A DNA stretch of 54,569 nt, filler included, from Sphacelaria rigidula (Eukaryota): assembly GCA_964200075.2 (NCBI GenBank). It is 5 parts of 5 records of this genome, joined end to end, with 100 filler letters (N's around TTAATTAATTAA, not from the genome) between each part and the next. Parts side by side here need not be neighbours in the genome. Positions count along the whole stretch, not along the records: positions 10,936 to 21,769 come from CAXNAA020005831.1; positions 21,870 to 32,703 come from CAXNAA020005832.1; 3 more parts are not named here. One strand, given 5' to 3'. The position numbers and the translations under genes were made by a program. Below are positions 11,481 through 21,935 of this stretch, one piece after another; the stretch's first letter is position 1, and each line of letters begins with the position of its first letter. The notes beneath the pieces are model-generated. The model saw nothing but the letters and a program-made list of their open reading frames with translations, was not told the origin of the DNA and made no database searches.

Positions 11481-13639
11481 TCTGGATCAAAAAGTGTACT
11501 ACGTATAATATAGACTATCGCACCTATTGCAACAAGCAATGGATTCCATTCTGTAAGCAGTACATTCTTTCGCGCTGGCCGTTTGGGATTGCCGTGCTCG
11601 TGTTCCATTTGTGTTTTCGTTGGGGGCAGGTGTGCTGTAGTGCTGAACACTATTAGTGTTCTATTCCTCTTCGTATATGCGCAAACGTCAGTACTGTATC
11701 CGTTGCTTGAACCAACCATCGATGAAGCGACGACCGCCCGTTGNNNNNNNNNGTTTGTGTCGATGCGGAGAGACTCGGGGACCATTTCCGGGGAGAAAGG
11801 GGCGTGGTCGTTGCAGCGACCGTGAACGGAAAATGGGCGGGAAAAGAGCCAAATGTGTGGGCATCATGGTTGGAGTTGGCGCGTAGACTCCTCGGTACAG
11901 TGTAGAGAGCGATGGCCTAGCAGAGGTACGTTCTCGGCCGATTGGTGGCCCAGATTAGGTACGATTGAAAAATAATTCCTAGATTAGGTATACCTCGGCG
12001 GAATGTGGCCTACAAAAGGTAAGCAGTTCCTGGAGGCGATATGTCCGTTATCGCGTGCCCATATCTCTCGAATAACATGCTTTTTATCCGTTTTTTTTCG
12101 AGTCCCGGGTGCCAATGGCCCCCCCGAATGATGTGCGTGAATAATCCGGAGCGAAAACGGTCAAAATGGCTTGTTTGGCTGTTTTCGAGTTTCTGGCCAT
12201 TTTTCGTGCCTTTCTTAGGCAAAAGACGAGAAGGTAAACCTTTTCTAGGCCATTGCCCTTTCCAGTTTAACTCCAGTAGCGATGGAGACATTCAGTATTA
12301 ACTAGTCCAGTTCCCAGTCCATTTAATGCCTGTGCTCGATGTACTTTCTCACAGGAGTTGGCACCACCCATTTTCAGCCCACGACGCAACACACATGGGG
12401 AACGGGTCGCTAGAAGGGGACCTCCCTCGTTCTTTGTGTTGGCGCACTACAACACACTCCTACATGCTGTACTTGCTTTTATAGAATGCCACAGTTACTG
12501 ACAGGCCGGTGGTTTTCTCGAGGAGTAACCTGATTACCGAAAGCAACCTATTATCCAACTTACTTCCTTTTCCACCTACTTGACATCGTTGCTTTCAACA
12601 CCCGTTCGTCACGCATTCGCTCACAGTACAACTATGTTTCCTTTCGTACTTTCCTCGCTAAGCTTTCCGCAACTGTCCCTTCGTCCTTCTCCCGATCCTT
12701 TCGACATCGGCAGGTGCTTCGTGTGCACTACACACGAGTCTGTATCCCAGGAGACAAAGCCAGTCCCGAAGGGCGCTAGGAAACAGGTCCCCTTCCCCTG
12801 CCTTGCGTGTGGCGTCGACATCGGGGTCAGCACTCGATACCACCGCATGACCGCCCCCAGCGGCGGTAAAGACAGGGTATATGCCCACGCCTACGGCCGC
12901 ACCAGCGCAAAGACTCTCGTCAAAGCGGACGAGAACAGTTCTCACCCTTGCTACGAATGCAGAGCCACCCCTGCCGAAAAAAACTGTTCGACATGTCTGC
13001 GGGGGATCATGACCCAGAATTTATAAGGTGTCATGACTGCTTCTACGACACCCGTGCCGAGCTCCTGTAGGATTTTCAACGACACTTGTTGCAGGAAAAA
13101 GAGGCGTTTGCCTCGAGAAACGACAACTTCACACTTCGTAGAGTACCGGGAGTCAATACGTTTTCCCCCTCCCCTCCCGGAGGCGATCCCGTGACGCCAC
13201 CAAGAAAAACCAACCCTCCACCCGAAAAGTAGAAATCTAATCCTACCCGACAGGGTACCCGACCCACGGCCACCAGGAACGGAGCCGGAAACTGTACCAT
13301 AGTTTAAGGTAAGTACCACAACTACACAGTCCTTTTCTCCGTTCAACCCCTTCTCCACCATGTATAGCCCCATTTTCATCCTGCCCTCTCCCACCTCCAA
13401 TGCTTGCTTTCATCGGTGCCAGCCTTTTTTTTATGCTTTCAACATGCCTCAGTGCAATCTCCAGCCTGCACGTTTGTTCACGCCTCTTCGTTCCTTTACT
13501 TTTTCCCTCGCCTACCTTCTTTCTATCGTGATGCGTTCCAAAACCAGATGCCTACACTCGGAATGTGACGGACTTCGTCGCAGCCGACATCATCCATGTC
13601 AGCTTCCGGCAGCGTCTGCGACTTTTTAGGGGCATCGCT

Positions 13640-13869
13640 GAGTGATGCTACGGTAGGGGTGCACAAATATTCTCTGAGGTTAGAATTGTTAGGAGCCCTG
13701 AATCTCATCCAAAACATCACTTGCGAAATATGTGAGAGTCCGTCAGGATTACTGTATTTCAATCTGCTGGAGATATCCCGAATGAATTTGCAAACGGGGG
13801 TGCCCTGACCCACATTCTTGTGCAATCTAGATTTCGCGCCACAAGTGCACCCCTACCGTAGCATTGCTC
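13640..13869. mobile_element. MITE-1 (~230 bp)
   Basis: Perfect 20-bp inverted repeat ATGCTACGGTAGGGGTGCAC (13645-13664 / 13845-13864), extending to GAGTG/GAGCA. A second partial copy lies at 21870-21928. Confidence 0.85.
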
Positions 13870-15084
13870 CGCTTCTTTTCGTTTTGGGCTCCGGTTCTTC
13901 CGGCGTTGTGTCGTCTTCTGTACAGTAACGTGGTTAAATCAACTTCTTCTTCCCGGTGCTTTTTGGGGCCAAGATTGGGAGGGATCAGGAGTGTCCTAAG
14001 TTCTATATCGCCTTAGCTTGAAACTATTTCCCATACATGGCGAATTTTGTGCTTCTAGGGCAGCAAGATATGAGTTTCTCGAACTTAGATTAGCTCTGAG
14101 TAGCTACATCGATCTAATAATAGGGTGATCAGCACAATTGATGTTGATGTTGAGCCAAGTTAGTTGATGCTTCGGTGATGAAGTTATTTCCTCATTTCCT
14201 TGGACCTGGGATCTTTTCCAATATCACGAGGTCTGTTGCGGGATGGTTCTGGCTGCCTGCGACACGTCGATTCCTGCGTTTGCTGTTTCTACACATATAT
14301 GCAGCAGTAGGTGGTAATTTGGTCGTCTAGATCGCACGCTGGTAAGTTGTCAACTTGCAGTGTGTTCCTTGTGGTCCGATCGGTTTTTGCAGGCTCCTTC
14401 TCTTCGTGTACCGTTTTTGTGTAAATAGATTGGTCTGCAGTTCACAGCGATACGCTCAAGTCGCGCTGATTTGGGAAACTTGAGAGGTTGTGGTGTGGAA
14501 AGCGAATGAGTGCTTTACTGCTGGCCCAGCTCGTACATAGAATCAAAACCTAAAGCCTGAATACCCAAGCGCTTTTGACCCCCGCCAACTACTTCAGTGT
14601 CCACAGGAAATTCGTTCGCTTTGCATACCCTGAAATGCTGAGTATAGCATGCCAATTGCAAACCTTTGCCAAGTCTCGACTAATTTATCAATGAAAGAAC
14701 TATAACCAGGGAGTAGTCGCATGAATATGTCCTCGTCTAATACTGATGGGTTGGAAGCCTGTTCTAAATCGAAATGACCCAAAGCATTATCCTACCCACA
14801 AGCTAGAGCTGTCAGCAAAACGAACAGGTGAGACGGCCATATTCGGAGGATACAATTCTCCAAAATCTTCCTCCGGCCTCTGCATTTCTCCCCTGGCCAT
14901 GCATCTCGACTACATCTTCGTGATCCATGTAAATTCAACTGTTTCCCGGTATTCCCACGCCACTCTCGTACCCCTCTGCTCTCATCGCACTCCAAGTTCG
15001 ACCGCATCGGAATGCCTCTGCGCTTCCCTGCTCCAATCGCCCGGCATCGACAACGCCACACGTAAGAAGAGCGCACATTCGGGA

Positions 15085-15545
15085 TCGACAGCGGCTGCGG
15101 GGTTGTTGGCGTCGGTGCCGACAGAGTCGACGGCAGCGGCGGTGGTTTTGACCATGTCGACGAAGTAGGCGTTAGCGGCAGCGGCTGTTGTGCTGTTGGC
15201 GGTGGTGTCGACAGAGTCGGCGGCAGCAGCAGTGGCTGTGGCGTTGTCGGCGAAGTAGGCGTTAGCGGCAGCGGCTGTTGTGCTGTTGGCGGCGGTGTCG
15301 ACAGAGTCGGCGGCAGCGGCAGTGGCTGTGGCGTGTCGGCGAAGTGGGCGATAGCGGCAGCGGCTGTTGTGCTGTTGGTGGCGGTGCCGGCAGAGTCGGC
15401 GGCAGCTACAGCGGCTGTGGCGTTGTCGGCGAAGTTGGCGATAGCGGCAGCGGCTGTTGTGTTGACGGTATCGATGAAGTCGACGGCAACGGTATCGTCT
15501 GCGGGATTGCCGGCGGCGGTATTGACGAAAGCGGCGGCAGCTCGG
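15085..15545. repeat. GC-rich 90-bp tandem repeat (about 3 well-conserved units plus decayed flanks)
   Basis: Unit CGAAGTAGGCGTTAGCGGCAGCGGCTGTTGTGCTGTTGG... starts at 15161, 15251, 15340 and 15430. Confidence 0.9.
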
Positions 15546-15884
15546 GTTTCACACGCATTCAGCGGCTGCGGGGATACCGACGGGTCGGCATCGATAGTAT
15601 TTCCATTCCTCCCCTTGCCGGCGAGCGGCATCGTCGGCGGTTGCAGGAGCTTCACACGTGGGACAGTCCACACAAAAGGTACACCGCTTGTCGAAGAAGC
15701 GGACTGTACACAAACACCTGGGGGGGGTGGTACAACGCTTACTGGGGACGCGGACTGGACACAAACGCCGAAGGGGGAAAGGTACAACGCCTCCGGGGGA
15801 GATGGACTGTAAGCCAACGCCGGGGGGACAATATAAAACATCTCTTTTGGACGCGGAGGCCGTATTGACGCTTGATGAAATATC

Positions 15885-16320
15885 ACAACTCGATGTGGGG
15901 GTTGTGCAGACGGGCGAAGAATGAGACTCTGCAGAGGAAGAAGAATCAACTCCACTACTAGGGAAACGAGACTCTACAGAGGAAGAAGAATCAACTCCGC
16001 TACTCGATGTGGCGGTGCCAGGCAAAGAACGAGGCTCTATAGAGGGGGAAGAATCAACTCCGCTACTCTGGGAACGAGGCTCTGCCATTGGAGAAAAACC
16101 AGCTACGGTACTCGATGTGGGGTGCTGGGCGAAGACCGAGGTTCTACTGTGGGGAAAGAACCAACTCCGCTAGTCGATGTAGGGGTAGTGCGGACAGGCG
16201 AATACCGAGGCCCTACAGAGGGGGAACAACCAACTCCATTTTTAGCTGAGCGCGTAGTGCCGACAGGCGAAGAGCGAGGCTCTACGGAGGGAGAAAAAAA
16301 CTTCACGGCACTATCTGAAG
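15885..16320 (+). repeat. Degenerate tandem repeat encoding acidic (GEERGSTEGEESTPLLDV)-like units
   Basis: Repeated CGAG(A/G)CTCTAC..AGG..GAAGAATCAACTCCGCTACTC blocks. Confidence 0.75.
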
Positions 16321-19252
16321 AAATGTTAGAACCAGACTTGTCAGCGCCACGCGCGGCCGCAGCTATGCTAGCTGGCAGGGGAGATGAAAGGATCGTGAAT
16401 GTAGGCGCCACAACATGGCCTTGTATGGCGAGAAGGCGGGCGACCAATTGCGATAATTATCGCGAATTGATTTCGCACGGGAGATCTCGATGTGTGAGTA
16501 AGACCTTGAGTTATACAAGCCACCCTTCAATCTTACACGGTGAAAATAACCTCCCTGGAGGAAAGTAACCAGTACAGCAGTGGGAGAAGGAGAAAGAAGA
16601 TACGATCGTGGGACGGCTGGATGGTTTATCATGCAGGTCACCTGGAATAAACGTGGAGTACTTGTGTCAAAGGTGTTGAACTTCGGCTCAGGCTATGAGC
16701 CCATGCTGGAGGCATTGTTTAGTGTCGGTGAGCCAGCAAAAAATAAAAGACACCAGACCCCCAACAAGTACTAGGATTGGGATATCAAAGCACATCGACT
16801 ATACCCCCACCACAACACTTGAAGCGAACAAGCTGGGGATACTCTCGAAAGAGATCAAGAGAAGAACGATAAGGAAGGGTAGATGGAGAAGTAAAGAGTG
16901 AACGGGTAAAGTACTAGTAGTGCTGGTATTTGGAGGCCGTAGAGACATGACGAGGCTAAAGCTTAAAAGGAAATGCAATAAAGTAGGATTACATGGTTTG
17001 GCAATAGGAAAAGTAGAAAGGGAACAATAACACTCCCGAGTGACGCTAAAACAGAGCGCGAACAAAGAGTGGGGAATGATAGAGACACGTTAGGTGTTGG
17101 CATGGACTAGAAGGTAGGATGAAGAGTATGCATAGCCAATGTAACAGCAAGCCTAAGACGTGGTTCGCGGTAAACGGAGGGAACGAGAAGCAGGGAGAAG
17201 TAAGTGCCCGGGTGGGAAAGAAGAGGGGACATGGCGGCCCGAAGCAAACAAACAAAGACCAAACGGGGAAAACGGGGAGGAAAATCAAGCAAGGAAAAAC
17301 AGAACTAAAGACGACGGAGAGAGAACAGTAGACAAAAAGAGAGTGGATAACGAGTCGAAAAGGAAGTTGACAATAGGATCGTGGAACGTGTGTGGATTCG
17401 CCGCAGACGAGCGCAAAAGAACAGTGATAGCCGAACAACTTAGTAACCGCGACCTACACATGGTGGGAATCCAAGAGTCATGGGAGGAACAGGGGGCGAA
17501 CATAGGATGCAAAGTCAGAGAGTACGCATGGATGGGGAATAAGCGGGAGGGACAAAACCCCAAGAACGGGGGGAGCGGGGGGAGTAGGATTCTTAGTAAA
17601 ACAATACCTGTGTGACGTCATAGAAATGATCTAAGACCCAAAATTCGACGGAAGCACATGGATAAGGGTGCCAGGAGAGCGGGGAACGAAACACTTTTTC
17701 GTGGGGAGCATCTATATGCCCCCGTAGGGAAGAGTTCGGTAAAAGATATACAACGGAGGTTTGGAGAGATATCAGCAGATAAACAAAAGTATCAACAGCA
17801 AGGAGAATAATATTAGTCGGAGATTTTAAAGCAAGAGTAGGAAGAGTAGGTCAACCGGATGATACCATTGGGTAATACGGGGAAGATAAGAAGAACACGA
17901 CTGGGGCAGAGATGCTGAAGCTCCTTGAAAATAACAAGATGAAGACGCTGAACGATAGAGCACAAAAGCCAGAGGCGCATAGACGTGAACTAGAAAATGC
18001 AAGACGAGAGAGAACGATCCGTTCGTGACTACACAGTAGATTATGGAAATAGTAAGCAAATGCAAGTGCACGTATGCGCAGAGGACGTAGGGACTACGGA
18101 TCATTGTGTAATGTGGACAGAAAGCCAACAGACGAGAGCTCAAGGAAATGTGTGGGGTAGGAAGTTGTACAAATGGGGAATAGATTAGGTAGAAATGGAA
18201 GAAAACCAAGAGTTTCAACAAGAGATGGCCAAAAACGCAGTGAACTTCTCCGAGCTGTTGGAAAGCGAAGGTAGATTTCATACCAAAAAAAAAGGGGGTC
18301 TAACAGAAGCGAAGATTATAGATGGGAGCAGTTGGCCAAGAAGGCGGCGAGTAAAGTCATACGGAAGAAACTAATCATATGCTACAGAGCAGTAAACTGG
18401 TGGGATGGGGGAGTAAAAGAGGCTACGAGAGTAAGGAGAGCGGCCCACGCAAGATATATATCGAGTGAAACTAAGGTAGGATGGGAGGCGTATACTGTAG
18501 CTCGAAAAGAAGTAAAAAATATGGTAGAGAAGAAGAAGGAAAGATGGGAATATCTAGTGAATGAAACAAATGGAGATTTCGATGGCGGGACCGAACAAAT
18601 GTGGGGAGGGATAAAATGGATCATGGAAAACCAGGCAGGAGAGAGAGAAAAGGAGATAGTCACACTACGGGTACAGAACGGTGAAATGGTTAGCAGCCCG
18701 AAGGGGAAGAGACAAGTGCTAGTGGTGCACTTCGGGAAGGAACACCAAAACTTTCCAAGAGGTTCGACACGGAACTCGAGAAAAAAATCAATACATGGGC
18801 AGAGCAATGTAGACGCGTCAAAACAGGAGGATAGTGGCTCCAAAGAATTGCAGAGAGAATTTACCAGAGATGAAGTGAAGGAGTGTGTAGCTGAACTCAA
18901 GATAAAAAACTATCAGGGGCGGAAGAAATAGTAAATGAACTCTTAAAGTACGAGGGGGGGGGAATGATTGCGATGATGGTTATGCTGTATAGTTGGATAT
19001 GGGAAAACGAGTACACACCCAAGAGTTGGAGAGAAGGAGTAGCAACCGACCTTTGAAATGAAGGAGACAAGGCTGACCCAGGAAATGGAAATCATAGAGG
19101 GATAACGCTACTGAGCACCATAGGGTTAACAAGATTCTGATAAATAAAGTGGAAACGATGCTAGAGAAGGGAGAAAAACATAGCGAGGGGCAAGAAAATC
19201 TAAGACCAAACCGTAGCTGCGTAGACCATGTGTACAGATTAGGTAAGGTCAT

Positions 19253-19426
19253 GATTTTCTTTTCTTTTCTTTTCTTTTTTGAATTTATACATTTTCTGTT
19301 TGTTTGTTTTTTCTTCAGCAAGTGTTTGATTTTTTTTTTTCTGAGGTACGTCCATCACTTGACCACGGCTGCATCCCCGGGGGTTCAGTTAAAGTGCGAC
19401 AATCAATCAGTCAAAACCTAGTTATC
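19253..19426 (+). mobile_element. 5'-truncated non-LTR 3' tail inserted in the LINE RT
   Basis: T-rich tract plus GTACGTC.ATCA..GACCACGGCT...CAGTTAAAGTGCGACA and CAAT repeats; the same motif ends the RTE-like element at 21188-21245. Confidence 0.75.
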
Positions 19427-19500
19427 AATTCACGGTAGGAAAGACGCCGGGATGACGACGTACCGTTTTTTTCAGGCTGGACAAAATGCCCATGATACAG

Positions 19501-19540
19501 TTGCAACCAGCTAATGTGAGATAATCAATCAATCAATCAA
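19501..19540 (+). repeat. Micro-insertion: CAGCTAATGTGAGATAAT(CAAT)n tail
   Basis: Flanked by CAGT on both sides; splits the DTV/WRNGLW segment of the host RT. Confidence 0.7.
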
Positions 19541-19723
19541 TCAGTATGGAGAAATGGGCTGTGGGAAAAGATGTGGGAAACTGGGATTAGAATAAACATG
19601 TGGAGAACGGTCAAGAAGATGACAGAATGTAGGAAAAGTGCTATGACCCTAGACGGGGAAATATCGAAATGGTTTGATACCTTACAAGGAGTTGCACACG
19701 GATGTACGTTATCACCCACTTTA

Positions 19724-21264
19724 TTCCACGTCGGCCAAGGACTCAGACAAGGTTGCTTTTCGTCTTCGCTGTTGTTCAACATCTTCTCAGCAGGGTTGGT
19801 GGAAGTGATCGTTCAGCGGTTTGCGTCGGACCTAGTCATATTCTCAGACTTGATCAATCCAGATGATGCGCCAAAAGGTGACGGTGGTGAACCCGTGGAA
19901 GAGACACCGCTGGAAAAGGTGCAACGCGCGATGTGGGCATACTTTATGCGGACGACGCCGGCATAGCCTCGAAGACCGCAGAAGGCCTTGCTCGAATGAT
20001 GGCCGTGATAGTGATGACCTGCCAGGAATTCGGCCTGATGATCTCCGAGAGCAAGACAGATTCAATGCGCCTTCGGTCAGTACCCAGCCCCACGGCGGCC
20101 GCCCTGGATATCAAAGCTGCCGGCCAACGGTATATCTACCTTGGTGGAGCTATCAGCGCGGATGCGAAAATGTCCATCGAAATCAACCGTCGTATCAGCG
20201 CGGCGTGGACGCGTACCCGAAAATATAGCTCTCAACTCTACGACCGACCCAACGCCGAGCTATCCTTGAAAGTTCGACTGCCTAAAGCGGAGGTGGTGGA
20301 AGCTCCGTTGTATGGATGTGCCACGTGGACGCTACGTTCTGAGAACTTCGACAGTCTGTGGACTGCCCATCACAAGCTCTTGCTTCGAGTGGTTGGATTC
20401 CACAGGAGAGATCGAAATGGCTACAAGACTGTTTCCTACAGAGCGTTGCTCGAGATGACCAACTGGGAACGTATCGAGACGCCTATCCCAAAACGCCAAC
20501 TCTGGTTCGCGGGAGCCCTTGTCCAGCAGAAGGACACACGCCTTTCCAAGCGTGTCATGAACGGTCGGCTTTCCACACGAGGACCCAAGGAAGCCGGCCG
20601 CCCCCCCCCAAGCAGTGGTAGGATACCCTAGGGGAGAACCTACGTGCGCTAGGGGCTGTCTCGCAGAAAGGAACCCGACGAAAGTGGTTTGTTTACGGTG
20701 TAGAAGTTAAAGATGCATACAATTGGGTCACTGCGGTGGAGACCATGAGCAAATGGCATGCTGGAGTCGAAAAAGGAGCGGAAAAGTTTGAGAACACGTA
20801 GCGACGCGCGGATAAACGAGAATCAGACCGCCGTCACAAGCAAGAGGCTGCTGCATCGAGGGTCGCCAATCAAAGAATCCTGTCTGCTCGTATCGGTTGC
20901 TGATGATGTCCTTAGTCGGTGGCTCTGCGGTGCCCATTGGTGTGTGTCTGTATCTACTCCGCTGCCCTGAATCTCTCGGGCTTTTTCCTTTTTTATTTTT
21001 TTATTCACTTTTTGTTTTTGCTCCATGTTTTTTTCTTCAGGTCGGCCATCTCTTTCTATGCTTTGCTTTTAATGATTTTTTTCCTCCTTCTTTTTTCACG
21101 TCTTAGTCTACCATGTTGTTCTGTTCAACTTTTTTCTATCCCTTCTTTTCTTGAGCGAGTGCTTCAGTTTTGGTTTTGTTGGGTAGAGTACGTCTATCAT
21201 GCGACCACGGCTAGACCCATGGGTGGTCAGTTAAAGTGCGACAGTCAATATATCCGTCCATCAC
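19724..21264 (+). mobile_element. 5'-truncated RTE-like LINE (RT C-terminal half plus 3' UTR)
   Basis: GLRQGC..S.LLFNIF, LYADD, FGLMISESKT, YLGG, LYGCATWTL, RQLWFAG, KRVMNGRL...GRP; T-rich UTR and conserved tail. Confidence 0.88.
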
Positions 21265-21661
21265 AAACACCAAAAGGGTTGCAGTGGCAAACAGAGAAGG
21301 AGCTGGAATACACGAGGAAATGGAGAGTGACAGTGAACGTCTACGAATGCGCGGTACTTGTATGTGACGAAGATAAGAAGAACCCCGTAGAGTTCAATTG
21401 GAAGTGGGGAGAAGAGGAACTGCCGATCATAGACCGGTATACAGATATTGGCGTAGAGATCTCAAGAAACTGTTCGTGGGATGTACACATGATTAAAGTA
21501 ATAGAGAAGGGTAAAGCACAGATAGGCAAGATGGACGTGATCCTCAGAGACACGCATCTAGACGCTAGGATCAAGAGATGTATACCGATAAACGTTATTA
21601 TACAAAAGCTAGAGTTTTCTATTATTTTCTTTTCCTCACACTTTGAACCCCTTCCCTCCCT

Positions 21662-21769
21662 CGGGTTGAGTCTCTGGTCTCAAGGGATCAACCCATCTCT
21701 CCCTCGGTACGTGCCTTTCATTTTGATCTCGCGGATTGGATCAGCACTTCCGCACCGCGTCAACTCACG
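21662..21769 (+). repeat. Dispersed repeat A at the contig end
   Basis: GGTCTCAAGGGATCAACCCATCTCTCCCTCGGTAC...GCACCGCGTCAAC. Confidence 0.75.
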
Positions 21770-21869
21770 NNNNNNNNNNNNNNNNNNNNNNNNNNNNNNN
21801 NNNNNNNNNNNNNTTAATTAATTAANNNNNNNNNNNNNNNNNNNNNNNNNNNNNNNNNNNNNNNNNNNN
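21770..21869. other. Artificial contig linker
   Basis: 44 N + TTAATTAATTAA + 44 N. Confidence 0.98.
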
Positions 21870-21928
21870 GCTCCTAACAGTTCTAATCTCAGAAATTATT
21901 TCTGTACCCCTACCGTAGCATCACTCCA
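21870..21928 (-). mobile_element. Partial MITE-1 copy
   Basis: The reverse complement GAGTGATGCTACGGTAGGGGTACAGAAATAATTTCTGAGATTAGAACTGTTAGGAGC aligns to 13640-13696. Confidence 0.85.
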
Positions 21929-21935
21929 CAGTGGA

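Larger units (their letters stand above)
17340..21615 (+). mobile_element. Degenerate LINE ORF2 (APE endonuclease plus RT), interrupted by three insertions
   Basis: APE: TIGSWNVCG, VGIQESW, LVGDF, TTDHC. RT: FTRDEVKECV, RGITLLST, RPNRSCVDH, QGVAHGCTLSPTLF. Resumes at ~21265 with TPKGLQ...KWRVTVN...IGVEISRNCSWDVH. Confidence 0.9.

Noticed and set aside
15161..15520. Regular repeats resembling a CRISPR array
   Set aside because: Contiguous tandem units with no unique spacers, no cas genes and a eukaryotic context.
14792..15955. 387-aa minus-strand ORF as a real gene
   Set aside because: Open mainly because of GC-rich tandem repeats and changes repeat frame midway; no domain.
16665..16730. KVLNFGSG, resembling a SAM-binding motif, upstream of the LINE
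   Set aside because: Single short motif in a broken frame; no other methyltransferase motifs.
20919..21260. Hydrophobic 'membrane protein' N-terminus of the 300-aa ORF
   Set aside because: Translation of the T-rich 3' UTR of the RTE-like element running into resumed host RT.
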